A stretch of DNA of 64,000 nt from NCBI RefSeq assembly GCF_006345805.1, contig NC_043000.1:101990001-102054000 (forward strand), in the 5' to 3' direction. How positions within the stretch are numbered: position 1 is the stretch's first letter; every line of letters starts with the position of its first letter. This document shows positions 11,495 through 24,994 of this stretch, piece after piece. The notes under the pieces are model-generated. The model searched no databases. It was not told the DNA's origin and was given only the letters and a program-made list of their open reading frames with translations. The DNA is from Octopus sinensis. Taxonomy: Eukaryota. The position numbers were made by a program, and so were the translations under genes.

Positions 11495-12085
11495 TTAGAA
11501 GTAGTGAGGTACTCAGAAATTCGGATGGTTTTATATTTTCAGATATTTATTTGTATATTACATGTTTTTTTTACATCATATATTATATATAATATATAAT
11601 TACCGCTTTCGTCCATTCTAGTGGAATTTTCAAATTGAACAAAGTTCTTGGGAAAATTTGACCTTTTTTATAGTGTTATTGAGTGTGTAGTGGTGGGGAG
11701 GGATATAAGGTCGTACAAGAAGGTGATGAATGGAGAGAAAGTGAGAGAGAGCATGTGTGTGTGTGTGTGTGTGTTTTTGTACCTAAAAGTAGTGTTAAAG
11801 AAAAAGAAGGAAAAGAAGAAAAGGAAGAGAAAGAAGAAAAATTGTTTTGCTGGTCTCTTTGTAGCTGGTCAGGATGTTTACTCCAAAGGGGGAAAAATGT
11901 CACTTTTCAAAAAATTGTCTGGATTCCTTTTTTATCATTGTTAGTTCAATTTGAAAACTCAACTAGAATGGACGAAAGCGCTATTATATGATATCTGATA
12001 TATGATGTATAAAAACATGTAATATACAAATAAATATCTGTAAATATAAAACCATCCGAATTTCTGAGTACCTCATTACTTCTAA
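11495..12085. mobile_element. MITE-like element with ~145-bp terminal inverted repeats, flanked by (TA)n
   Basis: TTAGAAGTAGTGAGGTACTCAGAAATTCGGATGG..TTCAAATTGAAC (11495-11641) is the imperfect reverse complement of 11943-12085. Confidence 0.75.
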
Positions 12086-12436
12086 CATATATATATATAT
12101 ATACATATGCATATAACTATGACAGACTTCTTTCAGTTTCCGTCTACCAAATTCACTCACAAGGCATTGGGGAGGGGACAGCGAGCTATAGTTACAAAGC
12201 TATGGTTGCAAAGCGAGCTTCGAAAACATTCACCCAAGCCTGCGTCTATACTGAGGCATAATCCGTCATCGGATTCTGATTCAACACCACCACCTTTATT
12301 TGGGGTTTATTTAATGGAGTACATTCTTGTGCAAGCATAAGAGCTATGTTTCTGACGTGAAGATAATTTCCACCAACCCCATGAGCTCTCGAAAAGTGCT
12401 ATGCGTAGCCCTTAATCATAAGACTTTAAACAACAA

Positions 12437-12835
12437 CGTGGCTGTGTGGTAAGAAGCTTGCTTCTCAACCACGTGGCTCGAGGTTCAATCCTGCTGCGTA
12501 GCACCTTGAGCAAGTGTCTTCTACTATAGCCTCGGATCATCAAAGCCTTGTAGGAGGATTTGGTTGACTGAAACTAAAACAACCCAGTCGCGCGCGCGCG
12601 CGTTTGTGTGTGAGTTTGTCCCTCCACATACGTGAGTTTGTCCCTTCACGTTAACCGGTGCTGGTGTGTTTACGTCCCCGTAAGCTAGATGTTCGGCAAG
12701 TAAGACCAATAGAATACGTAACAAGCTTTTTAAAAGTACGTATTGGAGTCGATACATTCGACTAAAATTCTTCAAGGCGGTGCTCCAGCATGGCCGCAAT
12801 TAATGACTGAAATAAGTATAGGTAAAAGATGAAAC
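12437..12835 (+). mobile_element. SINE family 1, near full length (a minus-strand head fragment lies at ~12122-12215)
   Basis: GTGGCTGTGTGGTAAG..GAGGTTCAATCC..CACCTTGAGCAAGTGTCTTCTACTATAGCCTCGG..GGTGCTCCAGCATGGCCGC. Confidence 0.85.
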
Positions 12836-14154
12836 GAATATATTTACAATCACTTAAATACTGTAAAGTAAATATGAAAATATGGTAAAGATGCGTTAAA
12901 TTAAATATATGGTTCAGATATGGTACAGAAATACATAGTACTTTTTAACCGTTTTTAACCTTGTAATTGTGGCAGTTATTTGACTGCGGCGAGATATACT
13001 AAAACCAGTAATTGTGATACATCATAAATCATTATAGTCATCGAAGCGGAGCTATTAAAATGAAGAATTTGCTGGAAAACTATGAGCAAACTAACAATCC
13101 ACAAAATAAAATTTTCGTTAAAAGGTCATGTAATGTTCATTATATAGCTCTTTCTATATGGAATGGTAGGACTTTACCACTAATTTGTGTGGTACTTGAT
13201 CCAAGTAAGAGCAATGACAAACGAACAGAGCGTAATGCTTAGGGTAACTTATTAATGGAGTGGTAAGAAGAATATGATCAAAATTTTGAAGATTTACTCA
13301 TACGTGTCTATCAATCACCAAAAACTTTAAGAAACTTGAAGGAGCGATAAACGAAGCATCAATGACAGACAGATGGCGCTATAGTGTATTCGTTTTATTG
13401 ATTATTTCAATTTAACGTGGTTTTGCAAAACTTTTCAAAGCTTTTATCTCAACACACATAAAACTGCCTGAAGAAACGTGCATTATATGAAAATCCAAGT
13501 AGCTACACACTAAGTACAAGCTTCGTACAATATATATATACTCAGTAATATGTATTAATACGTATTGATTACTTTTCGTCTTGCTGTTTGTGATATGTAT
13601 GATGCAATACGAACATACGCATACACACACACACACACACAGTTCAAATAGAAGACAAAAAGAGATTTTAATATCTTTAACAATCAGATACAATTCTCTC
13701 TGTACCAACTCTGGCACATTCTATTTTCATTTTCATATTTATTTACTTTTTCTTTCCACTTGATATATGCAACAAAAAAAGTCTGGCAGACGCACGATGT
13801 GAGATCGCACCTTTCATGCAGGCCTGAGGAAGTGTCAATCTAATGTTTAAAACTTCAAGTATTACATAAATTTCCACCTTGAACTTTGGCATGAACTGGC
13901 GTTGAAAGAGTTGATACAGAAACAAATGTAATTGATCATTAATGATTTGTTATAATCTCACTTTGCCTTTTTATTTGGATTATATTTTACCTATTTTAAC
14001 TATTGATTTCCTCTAGAATTCAGAGCTAGCTCTAAAAATTACAACCTTTCGTATACGATTACATCGATGCAAACACTGCGATCGGAGATAGAAAACAGGT
14101 AGTGGGTGTATGTGCATATTTCAAGAGTTATGGCTCTCTCGTCCACACACACAC

Positions 14155-14223
<69 letters not shown>

Positions 14224-14244
14224 ATATATATATTTTATAAGTCT

Positions 14245-15275
14245 TGCACTTAGGAGAGAGCCGATTTTCAACAAAGATACAAGGCTCCATCTTTGGGATG
14301 TAGTTAACACAGACAAATTCACATTTGGAACTTGAGAGAAGTCTTGTATATTTTTACTCTTCCACTCACAGATTGCACATGTAATGTATGAATTAGCCGG
14401 TCTATTTCTGTTTCTGAAAATCTCAGTTTATCCAGATTCTCCTTTAAGCATTTTACTAACAAAACCTAGTGCTCCAAATATTATTGGTATGAATATGAAT
14501 TCATAATCTGGATATAGAAGATGGAGGTTCTATATCTTTGATTTTCAAAGAGATATTTATATATGCGGGGCAGCTGACCTCTATGATGGTACATACCTTT
14601 GCCCCTCTGTCCCAAACAACGATATCTGGCCTGTTATGTTTACATTTGACAGAAGTTTTGATGGAAATATTCCACCAGTATTCCTTGAGATGGTGTTTAT
14701 GAATATATTCCATAACAGAGGGATTTTCTAAGTTTACTTCAGGACAGTCTTTTTTTTTTGCAGATAGCATTGCAAATTGTCTTAGCAACAACATCGTGCC
14801 GCATAGGGAGGTAGTACCGTGAAATTATAGGACAGCTGCTAATCACATGCTTGATGTCTTCCACAGAAACATGACATAGCCTACACATGCGGTTGCACCT
14901 TGGGGTCATAATAGCGTCACTGTCTCTCTTGTTCACCAGGTACTTTGTGGGAATCACCTGTTCCTGAATTGGAAACGCATAGCCCTCAAAGTGTGATGTA
15001 ATATAGTGATCTTGTGTCCAAGAGAGGCTGCGTTTCGTGTCAATTCTACTGTCTTCTTCAAGTTTCCGGGCAACATACCCATGCATAGTCTTTTTTTTTT
15101 CATACGCAGAGTGCTTTCCATCCAGGTCTTCTCTGAGAGCCCAGCTGTTTTGGGGCTGTAGAGGAGATCAACAGGAAGAGAATGATTCTTGAAGAGCTCA
15201 CTGTTAACTCATACAATGTTGCTCCCTTTGCTTTCAGTACTGCGTTAATATATTTATTTTTGCAGCTGCTGTTTA
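14245..15275 (-). mobile_element. 5'-truncated RLE-type (R4/Dong-like) non-LTR retrotransposon, copy A
   Basis: CRLCHVSVEDIKHVISSC (CCHC knuckle) and RHD, then KHNRPDIVVWD..IIEVSCP (PD-(D/E)xK-type endonuclease). Frameshifted. Confidence 0.85.
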
Positions 15276-15859
15276 GAAGGTACTGCCTGTATGCATGCAT
15301 GTATATATATGCGTATGTTTGCATATGTGTATATATATATATATATACAGACATACATATATATATATATATATATAATATGTTTGTATATATGCATACA
15401 CATATTGTACATGTATATTTGTATACACGCACACTCACACATATGCGTGTGTATGCGCGCGTACGTGCGTGCGTGCTTGTATTTGTTATGAATAATGTGA
15501 AACTCGAACATGCTTGGGTGGTAGGCCGTTGCTGCCAATTACATTAGTCGCTTACATCTAAATACACATTTAGGTTTAAGAAAATTAACAGAAACTATTA
15601 AACTGTGAGGTGAGATCATCTGATGTATTGTATAGTAAATGTCCTTCATTTCTTCTTTATTACTCTCGCTTGTATTTTCCATTACAATCAAATTTAGAAA
15701 TACATGCTTCCTTTCTATATATTTTTGTATAATAATGAAGTTAATAACAACAAAATTTTAAAATATTTGTTATAAATCCACTAACGTAACATTCTGTTAG
15801 ATGAGTTTAATTGCATTATAGTCCGTTTTTTTTTTTGTTATATTTATGGTGTATGTTTT

Positions 15860-16182
15860 ACCGAAGTAATACGTATGTGTGTGTGTTTCAGAGTATATGA
15901 ATAAAAATATGTTATATCTATGTATGCGTGTGCGTTGTATATATATATATGTAACTATACATGTGTGTGTGTGTAGATATATATATGATATATAATATGA
16001 ATAAATATATATATGTGTATATGTTGTATATTTTGGTATAAATATATATGTATATATGTATATATAGAAATTCATATATATAATATAAATATATACACAT
16101 GAATCTCGTGTGTGTATATATATACACACGACATTCATATATACGCATGTTATATACATATATACATATATATATATATATT

Positions 16183-16231
<49 letters not shown>

Positions 16232-16870
16232 CTGTGTGTCCTTATTCATTAATATGCACAGGTACACATTTATACATTTATTTACATACATGTTTATATA
16301 TATATGCATAAATATACACACATGCACATACTCACACTCACATATATAAAAATTCACTTAAAAATATATTTTGTGAAAAATTGAATGTATTTGCAAATGT
16401 TATGTACAATTTACTCTTAATAGTCGTATATATGTGGATGTGTTATGTGTAAATTTGTGTTCATTATTACTGTTGTTGTTAGTATTTTTATCATTATCAT
16501 TATGAAAATATTTTCTGTAGTTATGAGAAGTTTTCTGTTTTTGCTTGGTTTGTTTAATGCTATTAAAAATTTTGTTATTCATATACATGTATGTGTGTGT
16601 GTATATATATGTATGTATGTTTGTATGTATATATGTATCTATCTGCATATATACATATGTATACACATATACATATATATATATATATATAAACATAGAT
16701 ATACATATATATACACATATACATACATCGATATATTTATACATACATACATATATATATATATTATATATATATATATATATATGTATATACATATGTA
16801 CATACATATATATACACGCACATATACATATACATACATATACACTTATATATATACATATACATATATG
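15860..16870. repeat. Large compound (TA)n/(TG)n/(TACA)n microsatellite field
   Basis: Read directly. Source of many spurious YI/CV/HT ORFs. Confidence 0.9.
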
Positions 16871-17024
16871 TATATATGTATGTTCATTATCATGTTGTTG
16901 ACGATTGGCTTTCGGCATTGTCATCATTATCACAACAATCATCATCTGCTTGGTTTTTGCAATCACCCTCCTAATAAAATCATTCTCATACAAAAATATT
17001 TCTGGTCTTGTACAAATATAAGAA

Positions 17025-17070
17025 ATTATTATTATTACTATTATTATTTTTATTATTACTATTATTATTA

Positions 17071-17122
<52 letters not shown>

Positions 17123-17183
17123 CTATTATTATTATTATTATTATTTTATTATTATTATTATTATTATCATTATTATTATTATC

Positions 17184-17233
<50 letters not shown>

Positions 17234-17360
17234 AATAATTATTATTATTATTATCATTATACTTTATAGTTATTGTTTTTATCATCATCATCGTCGTCGT
17301 TTTCACTGTCGTCGTTATTATTATCGTTATTATTATCGACGTGGTCGTTATTGAACTGTC
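17025..17360. repeat. (ATT)n/(ATC)n/(GTC)n trinucleotide array
   Basis: Read directly. Confidence 0.95.
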
Positions 17361-18177
17361 ATCTCTAAGGATTGTATTCACTTTTAGAACAATAAGTTTA
17401 ATAGCTTCAAATCTCCAGAGCTGCTTCTAGACTGGTTAGATTTTGTAAATTCTCGTTCGCATTCTAAATTTGGAAGTTCTTTATTTAATTACTAAATTTG
17501 TGTGTGTGTATGAGTAAGAAAATGTACGTCTGTATGTGTGTATTTGTTTTGTTGGTATACATACCTTTGTCCGTTCTCCTGGTTATATTTTTTAAAAGTT
17601 TCTTAACAGTCGAGAAAGAGGCGGTTTCCAATTCAAAAAGGTTCTTTCATATAAATTCTAGATAAGTTAGTGGCCATACATTCATGCATCTACACGCGTA
17701 TGTACATGTGCATGCATGCATGAATCTATTTACGTATGTACACATGCATATCATTGCAAGCTTACTTCTATATTTTGATATTGTTGTGTTGAAATGTCCG
17801 TAGGTTTGTATGAGTACACGTCTGTATATGTACCTACGATAGGTTAAACTTGATTGTATTATGTATTCATTATAGGCTAATTATTGGTTTATAATTATAA
17901 TTTCTTAATTACCCGTGTTCTTTCTGATATTGTGAAGGCCAGCTTCTAAGACTGCTGCGGAGGTAGTTAATTATATAAACATGTACACCAATAATCATAG
18001 ATTTCTCATTAGTTCGGAATAGGGGTTTTCATTTCTTTTTATCTTCAATATATATATATGTATGTATGTATTCATATACGTATATATTCATACATGTATA
18101 TATGAATATATATATAAATACACATATATACATACATATATGTACACATATATACACATATATACATATATATGTAC

Positions 18178-18219
<42 letters not shown>

Positions 18220-19059
18220 TTATTTACATATGTATACACATGCACACACACAATCTTAGAATACGAAAGCATACTATTAAATGTAATAGTATTCTTTAAA
18301 ATTAACAAACAATTGCAGTTGAATTGTTTGTAAGAACTGGCTGTCTTCTGTTGAAGATATAGAATTAACTTATACATGATGTGAGGTTAGTATATATAGT
18401 TATACAACTGAAGGAGGCGTGATACTCAACTTCTGAGTTCTTAGTACATTTTTCTTCCACGTCCGTTTCTTAATTTCTATCTATAGGTTTTGCTTCCGGT
18501 TGAATCACACTCTGAAATAGGAATTTTGTCGAAATGATGTTAATTTTGCTCATTATCCATTCGTGGTCAGTGAAATTTGATACCCTCTCAAAAATTTTGT
18601 GGCTTTGAGCTTATATAAGGAATCGATCATATGAGCATTCGGAAAACCTCGCTGTTTCATTATTAAGATCGATGTTCCTATTTCTATAAATGATGTTAGT
18701 GTCAAAATGGTTCACAGTCATTTCACAGATATTTTTTTCTAGAGAAAATATGTTGTGAAAATTTTATATTCTAAAAGAAAATATTTTCTTTGAATTTCAT
18801 ATTCTAAGTGAAAATATGTTCTTAGAATTTTTAAAGATTATGCGATTTTTTTTTTTTTTTCGAAATCTCTTTTTTATTCATCGAAAGAAAACATTGCAGA
18901 ACTTAAGGTTAACTAATGCTATTAAAAATGGAAGTAAAGAGATTTATGTTAAATACCTAAAATATAATCCACAGTCCAACGATCCAACGAGACAGCGCCT
19001 GTACTGTTGCACAACATGCAAGAAATAGCGGCAAAAATATCCTTCATATGCAATACTCT

Positions 19060-19610
19060 TACTAATTTTTGGCTCAAGGCCAGTAATTTTGAGGAAATGG
19101 AGGAATCAATTACTTCTACTCTAGTGCTCAGCTGTTACCTATTTTATCGACCCTAAAATGATGAAAGGTAACGTCAACCTCGGCAGAAGTTTTATATGTA
19201 ATAATGATTTCAAATTTTGGCACAACGCCAGCGATTTCGGAGAAGAGGTAAAGTGTATTACATCAACCCCCGTGCGCACTTGGTATTTATTTTTTCGACC
19301 CCGAAAGGATGGAAGGCAGAGTTGACCGCGGTAGAATTTGAACTCAGAACGTAGCGGCAGACGAAATACCTATTTCTTTACTACCCACAAGGGGCTAAAC
19401 ACAGAAAGGACAAACAAGGACAGACAAACGGATTAAGTCAATGACATCGACCCCAGTGCGTAACTGGTACTTAATTTATCGACTCCGAAAGGATGAAAGG
19501 CAAAGTCGACGTCGGCGGAATTTGAACTCAGAACGTAAAGAGAGATGAAATGCCGTTAAGCATTTTGTCCGGCTTGCTAACGATTCTGTCAGTTCGCTAC
19601 CTTATCTTCA
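19060..19610 (-). mobile_element. Cluster of three SINE family 2 copies/fragments in tandem
   Basis: Repeated ATCGACCCCAGT..ACTGGTACTT(A)TTTATCGACCCCGAAAGGATGAAAGGCAAAGTCGAC.TCGGCGGAATTTGAACTCAGAACGT. The minus strand has a tRNA-like head (GAGTTCAAATTCC B box). Confidence 0.8.
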
Positions 19611-20495
19611 CATGTAATATTAACGTCTATAAAATCTAACTAGATTTTGTTTTAGAAAATTCTACGTAAAATTTTGTTGGCATTGGTGTTTAGCACCAAG
19701 CCAGCTCAGGTCCAGCAGCCCTATGTTCAAAGCCGTTCCAACGGCTTTATACAATATCTCTGACATTACGCTATTTCATGTGACCTTCTCTTTTAAGATA
19801 GTCGGTTTTAATGTAACAGAAATACGGTTGCTATGTATTATAGGTCGAGCAACAACATAGACAGTACCCCGTTGGTTCATTGCATATGAAGTTAACTGAT
19901 GATGCACGATGACTTATTAGGGTTTATTCAATTAGAGAGCATTTTATTTAGCAACTTTGTGTTCTATCTACTTGGCCCTTTCTTTTATCACTGGACTGCG
20001 TGGTCGCACAGTAGTATTCACACGGCACACATGAGCATATTTTGTTGATAAAAATAGAGTATATAGATTTCATCTTAGTTTTTACGATTAGCGTATCACT
20101 ACCTCGATAAATAAAACTATTTACTCATTATTGTTATTGTAGTGTATTCTACGCGGAATTAATGACAATAAACAAAATATAAATTTTGTATATAACTGCA
20201 ATATGAATTTATGTAAGAGCTGTGTTGGAAAATATTGCCGACTGTCTTTCCGGGTCTATAGATAACAGTTGCAGACAACAGGAAAGATCTTTGGTTATGC
20301 AAGCTAATGGAAACATTTACATAAGAAGACTAGGAAGTGTGTGTATGTGTATGTGATGTGTGTATGGGGGGGGGGGAAGAGTGTGAGTGTGTATCTGTGT
20401 GTATCTGTTTGTGTGTGTGTAAGTGTCAGTGTAATTGACGGTCAGGAAAAAACAAACAAAATCTGCACCCACCTTACACAAATCTATCTTCATAC

Positions 20496-20535
<40 letters not shown>

Positions 20536-20602
20536 TATATATGTGTGTGTGTGGTGTGTGTGTGTGTGTATGTGCGTATATATATATGTGTGTGTGTGTG
20601 TG

Positions 20603-20644
<42 letters not shown>

Positions 20645-20648
20645 GTGA

Positions 20649-20683
<35 letters not shown>

Positions 20684-20802
20684 GGAACATATTTTTATAT
20701 ATCTACTATATACGTGGAAAATCGGTGTGTGTTTGTTTGTAGTGTTGTTAGCTAACTCCTCTGACATTGTTTTATTGATTTTGATGAAATTTGACATGTG
20801 AG

Positions 20803-21718
20803 TAGAACTCATGTCTGGGAACCTTGTGAATACTTAGATTGTTGAAAAAATCGATAATATGGCCCCTGGGACGGATCTTTATATCTCCCTCATATAACTA
20901 ATTTTTTAAACACCCATGGGAAATAACCCATACCACCTGCACAATATTTTTTGAAACACTCAATCCACACCACCTGCATTTACAGTTGTTAGTTTTTAGC
21001 GAAGCGATCAATATTTTATTCTCACGATCAGCGGACCTAATTCTGTATTTCACTACTCACAGTTTTGAACTGCTAAACATTATTATTGCACTTTCTGGAT
21101 GCATGTACACTTTCAATGTCCATAACTGCATTTTTCCAGTTAAAATTTTTCGATGACAGTACATAAATGTTTGATTCCAGAACGTATTTAATATGCGTGT
21201 TCCAGTACAATGAACTCATACTTTGATTGCTTAAAATTCTTAAAACATGGAATCAAAGTTCCGCAACACATTCAGTTGGGACATTCTGTATCATTTATAC
21301 TTATTTTACAAATCATAATATTTATTGCTTATTTACAGTTCATACTACATTTTCATGAAACTAATTGAGCCATTGAATTTAGAAATATTTTACAGGTTTC
21401 ATTGTTCATGTTCGATTATTTTGAATAATAATTTTTTGTGTGCCCAATTTCTAATCTTTGCAGAAAATATCACTTTTATACTTATTGACAGTCAACTAGA
21501 ACTCATGTCTGGAAACCTCGTGACATACTTAGATTGTTGAAAATATCGATAATAGGGACCCTCCAATGGATCCTTCTATCTACTACATATTACCAATATT
21601 TTATTAAAGCAACCCAAGGGAAATAACCCATATCACCTGCAGTTTTTAGCAAAGCGATTAATATTTGATTCTCACGATCGGTCAATCTAATTCTGCATTT
21701 CACTACTCAGTTTTGAAC
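20803..21718 (+). repeat. Diverged direct repeat (20803-21070 and 21497-21718)
   Basis: TAGAACTCATGTCTGG.AACCT.GTGA..TACTTAGATTGTTGAAAA..TCGATAATA...CACTACTCA(CA)GTTTTGAAC occurs twice, roughly 80% identical by eye. Confidence 0.8.
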
Positions 21719-21977
21719 ACACACACACACATACATACATATATATATACTATATTTTTGTGAAAAGGGCGAAGGTTATCTCACAAGCAGCTGTGCAGGC
21801 AAAAGCGTTAGTAAATGTGGTCGGATTGGTCAGAAAAATTGCACACCTATGTTAAAAGTGCTGAGGAGTTTTCCTGGCAACTTTCAGTTTGCTCAATTGA
21901 ATGGCATGCCCTCTAGGGCAAAATTCTTCATCTTTAAAATGTGGCCCGAGTAGACCCGAATAAAATCGGGTTTTAAT

Positions 21978-22048
<71 letters not shown>

Positions 22049-22399
22049 TGTGTATGGTGTGTGTATGTGTGTATGTATGTATGTATATAATTACATAATT
22101 GGCATACATAATAAATTTAAATGTGATGGACTGCTCATTTCATCAGGTAAGATGGGCAACTTGTTATATTGTAATTAAATAATTATGTATGTTAATTACC
22201 CATTATATAAATGATGTCTTTATTCCTTTGAAATAGCTCCCGAAATAATTAAATTATTAATAATATGTTTAATGTATGGTTTTCCCCTGCTTAATATTCT
22301 AAACAGGTTGCTCTCAACTATCGTTTTAGCAGATTATGTACAGACATATCAGTTTTTTTAAAATTCCATCTATCTTTATTACATTGTAATAACGTATTG

Positions 22400-22495
22400 T
22401 GTTCATAATTGAGCTCTTAAACACCTCGGATATGGTTTATGATGTTTATACATGATCTCAATGTAAAGGCATATAATATACACATGTACATATAT

Positions 22496-22576
<81 letters not shown>

Positions 22577-22691
22577 TGACACACATATAAACATATATAT
22601 TTGTGTGTATATATATATATGCATATCTATATACATATATAAATATATATCCAAGTATAAATGTGCATATGTGTGTGTATATTCATATGTA

Positions 22692-22771
<80 letters not shown>

Positions 22772-23102
22772 AATATATATATATGTATATATATATGTAT
22801 GTATATATATATATACATATGTATGTGTGTATATATGTATGTGTGTGTGTATGTACACCTAATGTATATTTAACGCTCCTTTGAAATTAAAGGACGTTAT
22901 TCGTGATATTTTTCATGATACGGCATCAATATTTTATTGCAAACACAATATTTACATTACTTTTATTACTTAAATCATAGTAACGGTGTTTATTACAATG
23001 ACTTTATATTTTACGTGAATTTCAATAACCAATTACAAAGGCAATAATAATAATAACATACACATGTGCATGCATACACATGTGTATGTGTATATGTGTG
23101 TT

Positions 23103-23151
<49 letters not shown>

Positions 23152-23387
23152 ATGTGTGTATGGGGAATATGTGTTAATCTTCTGTGGAATCTGATTATAA
23201 TGATGTAGACACAAGCATATATGTAAGGTTACTATATATGTAACGTGTGTATATATATATGTATGTGTATACATACATACATATACATATATATATATAT
23301 ATATATATAAATTGTGTTTGTATATTTATATTGGTATGGTTATTCGGAGTGTGTATACAAATGTATGCATATGTATACATATATATT

Positions 23388-23455
<68 letters not shown>

Positions 23456-23509
23456 AATATATCCATACACACACATATACACACACGCATATATATATAC
23501 ATACATACA

Positions 23510-23541
<32 letters not shown>

Positions 23542-23600
23542 CATACATACATACATACATACATACGTATACATATATATAAAAAACATACATACATACA
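22400..23600. repeat. Compound (TA)n/(TG)n/(CA)n/(TACA)n microsatellite field
   Basis: Read directly. Confidence 0.9.
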
Positions 23601-23728
23601 ATTTTTTCCAGTTATAGAAAGATATGTTTACGTTCTTAGAATTATCTCTAACACTGAGCCATTTACATATATATTTATTTCAGTCATTCTTATTTACGCT
23701 CGTATGCATGTGTGTGTGTGTGTGTGTG

Positions 23729-23759
<31 letters not shown>

Positions 23760-24339
23760 ATGGATGGATGGAGGGATAGTTGGAGCGATGGATGCATGCA
23801 TGCATGGATGTATGCATGTATACATGTATGCACATGAGTATGTATAGGAGAGTATTGTAGCTCGCTTGAAGCATTGTGTATTGTTTATAATGAACAAAAT
23901 GTTTTTAATGACACAACAATGCACTATAATACAAGCGATGGACTATAACAACTGTTGTGATTGAATCATCCATATTCTGATATGCTATTTCGGAATAAAA
24001 ATTCTTTCTTCAGATATCCCAAAGAACTAATGGAGTCGCTGCTATAATCGTTTTTCCAACGGCTTTTCTTTTTTTTTTCGGAAGCATCTCTGCAGTGGTC
24101 TCACGATGCTCCTTCCGGAATTCCTGATGAGAATTGCATGAGGTCCGCCATTTCTCAATCTCGTGTGGGCTAGCACATCCGTAGCGTTGCTTCTAATTTA
24201 TGAGTTATACGTGCAGCTTCCATTTCCCCCGTTCTCCTTTTTCTGTCTTTTTTTGTTTATTATAAACAATACATGAGCATGTTATCAAAAATGAACTTAC
24301 ATGCATCCAGATGTAGCTAAATAATATATTGATTACCAA

Positions 24340-24990
24340 ACTCCAGCCTGTTGTTAATTTGGGGCCCTAGTCTGTATGAGAATAGCTTCCTTAATTCTGA
24401 AATTATCCAAATTTCTTTCATTGGTCTCAATTGTGACTGTTATGCTTTCGTCGATGTTCCGGCATCTGTCTAGATGTTTTCTGAAGGAAGGGGCACTCGT
24501 GTTCAGATGTTCTTTGATGCAGACGTGTAACGGTCTTGTTGAGCTACCCACATAGAACTTGTTGCATTTATTACATTGTATTCTATACACATTTACCTGT
24601 TGGCATAAATCTGTTTCATGGGTGAGACAGTTTGTTAGTGTGCATTGATTGTTGTACCTTGTTCGTTTCTTTGCGAGGTGTCTTCGCAGAGAGGGGCCGG
24701 AGTGGGCTAGTTGTATGTCTAGCCCTTCTCTTCTTATTGCTCCTCGGATGACTGTAGTTATCCTCTCGCTAAAATTGGGGTATTTTAAGGAAGCATGTGT
24801 TGCTGGGTTTTCTATGCGTTCAGCGTGTTGGTCGTCTTGGGTACTTAAGCCGATTTACAATGGATATAGAGTACCCGTTGGTTTTCAATATATCTAGGAA
24901 GCGTGTAGTGTGGGTCACCCTGTCCTCTGTCCTGCTGCACTTGCCCAGTATGTATGTAGGCGTGAATGTATGTCTTGTGTGTTTAATCAT
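24340..24990 (-). mobile_element. Penelope-like element remnant: RT C-terminal region plus GIY-YIG endonuclease
   Basis: Minus strand ..ILKTNGYS..FLKIP/F..RREGLDIQLAHSGPSLRRHL..VYRIQCNKCNKFYVGSSTRPLHVCIKEH..FRIKEAILI. One stop and a frameshift upstream. Confidence 0.88.
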
Positions 24991-24994
24991 TTAA

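Noticed and set aside
24060-24135. Hammerhead-like pieces downstream of the GIY-YIG ORF (CTGATGA on plus; AGCATC/GATGCT stem plus GAAA on minus)
   Set aside because: The plus-strand core has no GAAA partner. The minus-strand core is too degenerate and stem III does not pair.
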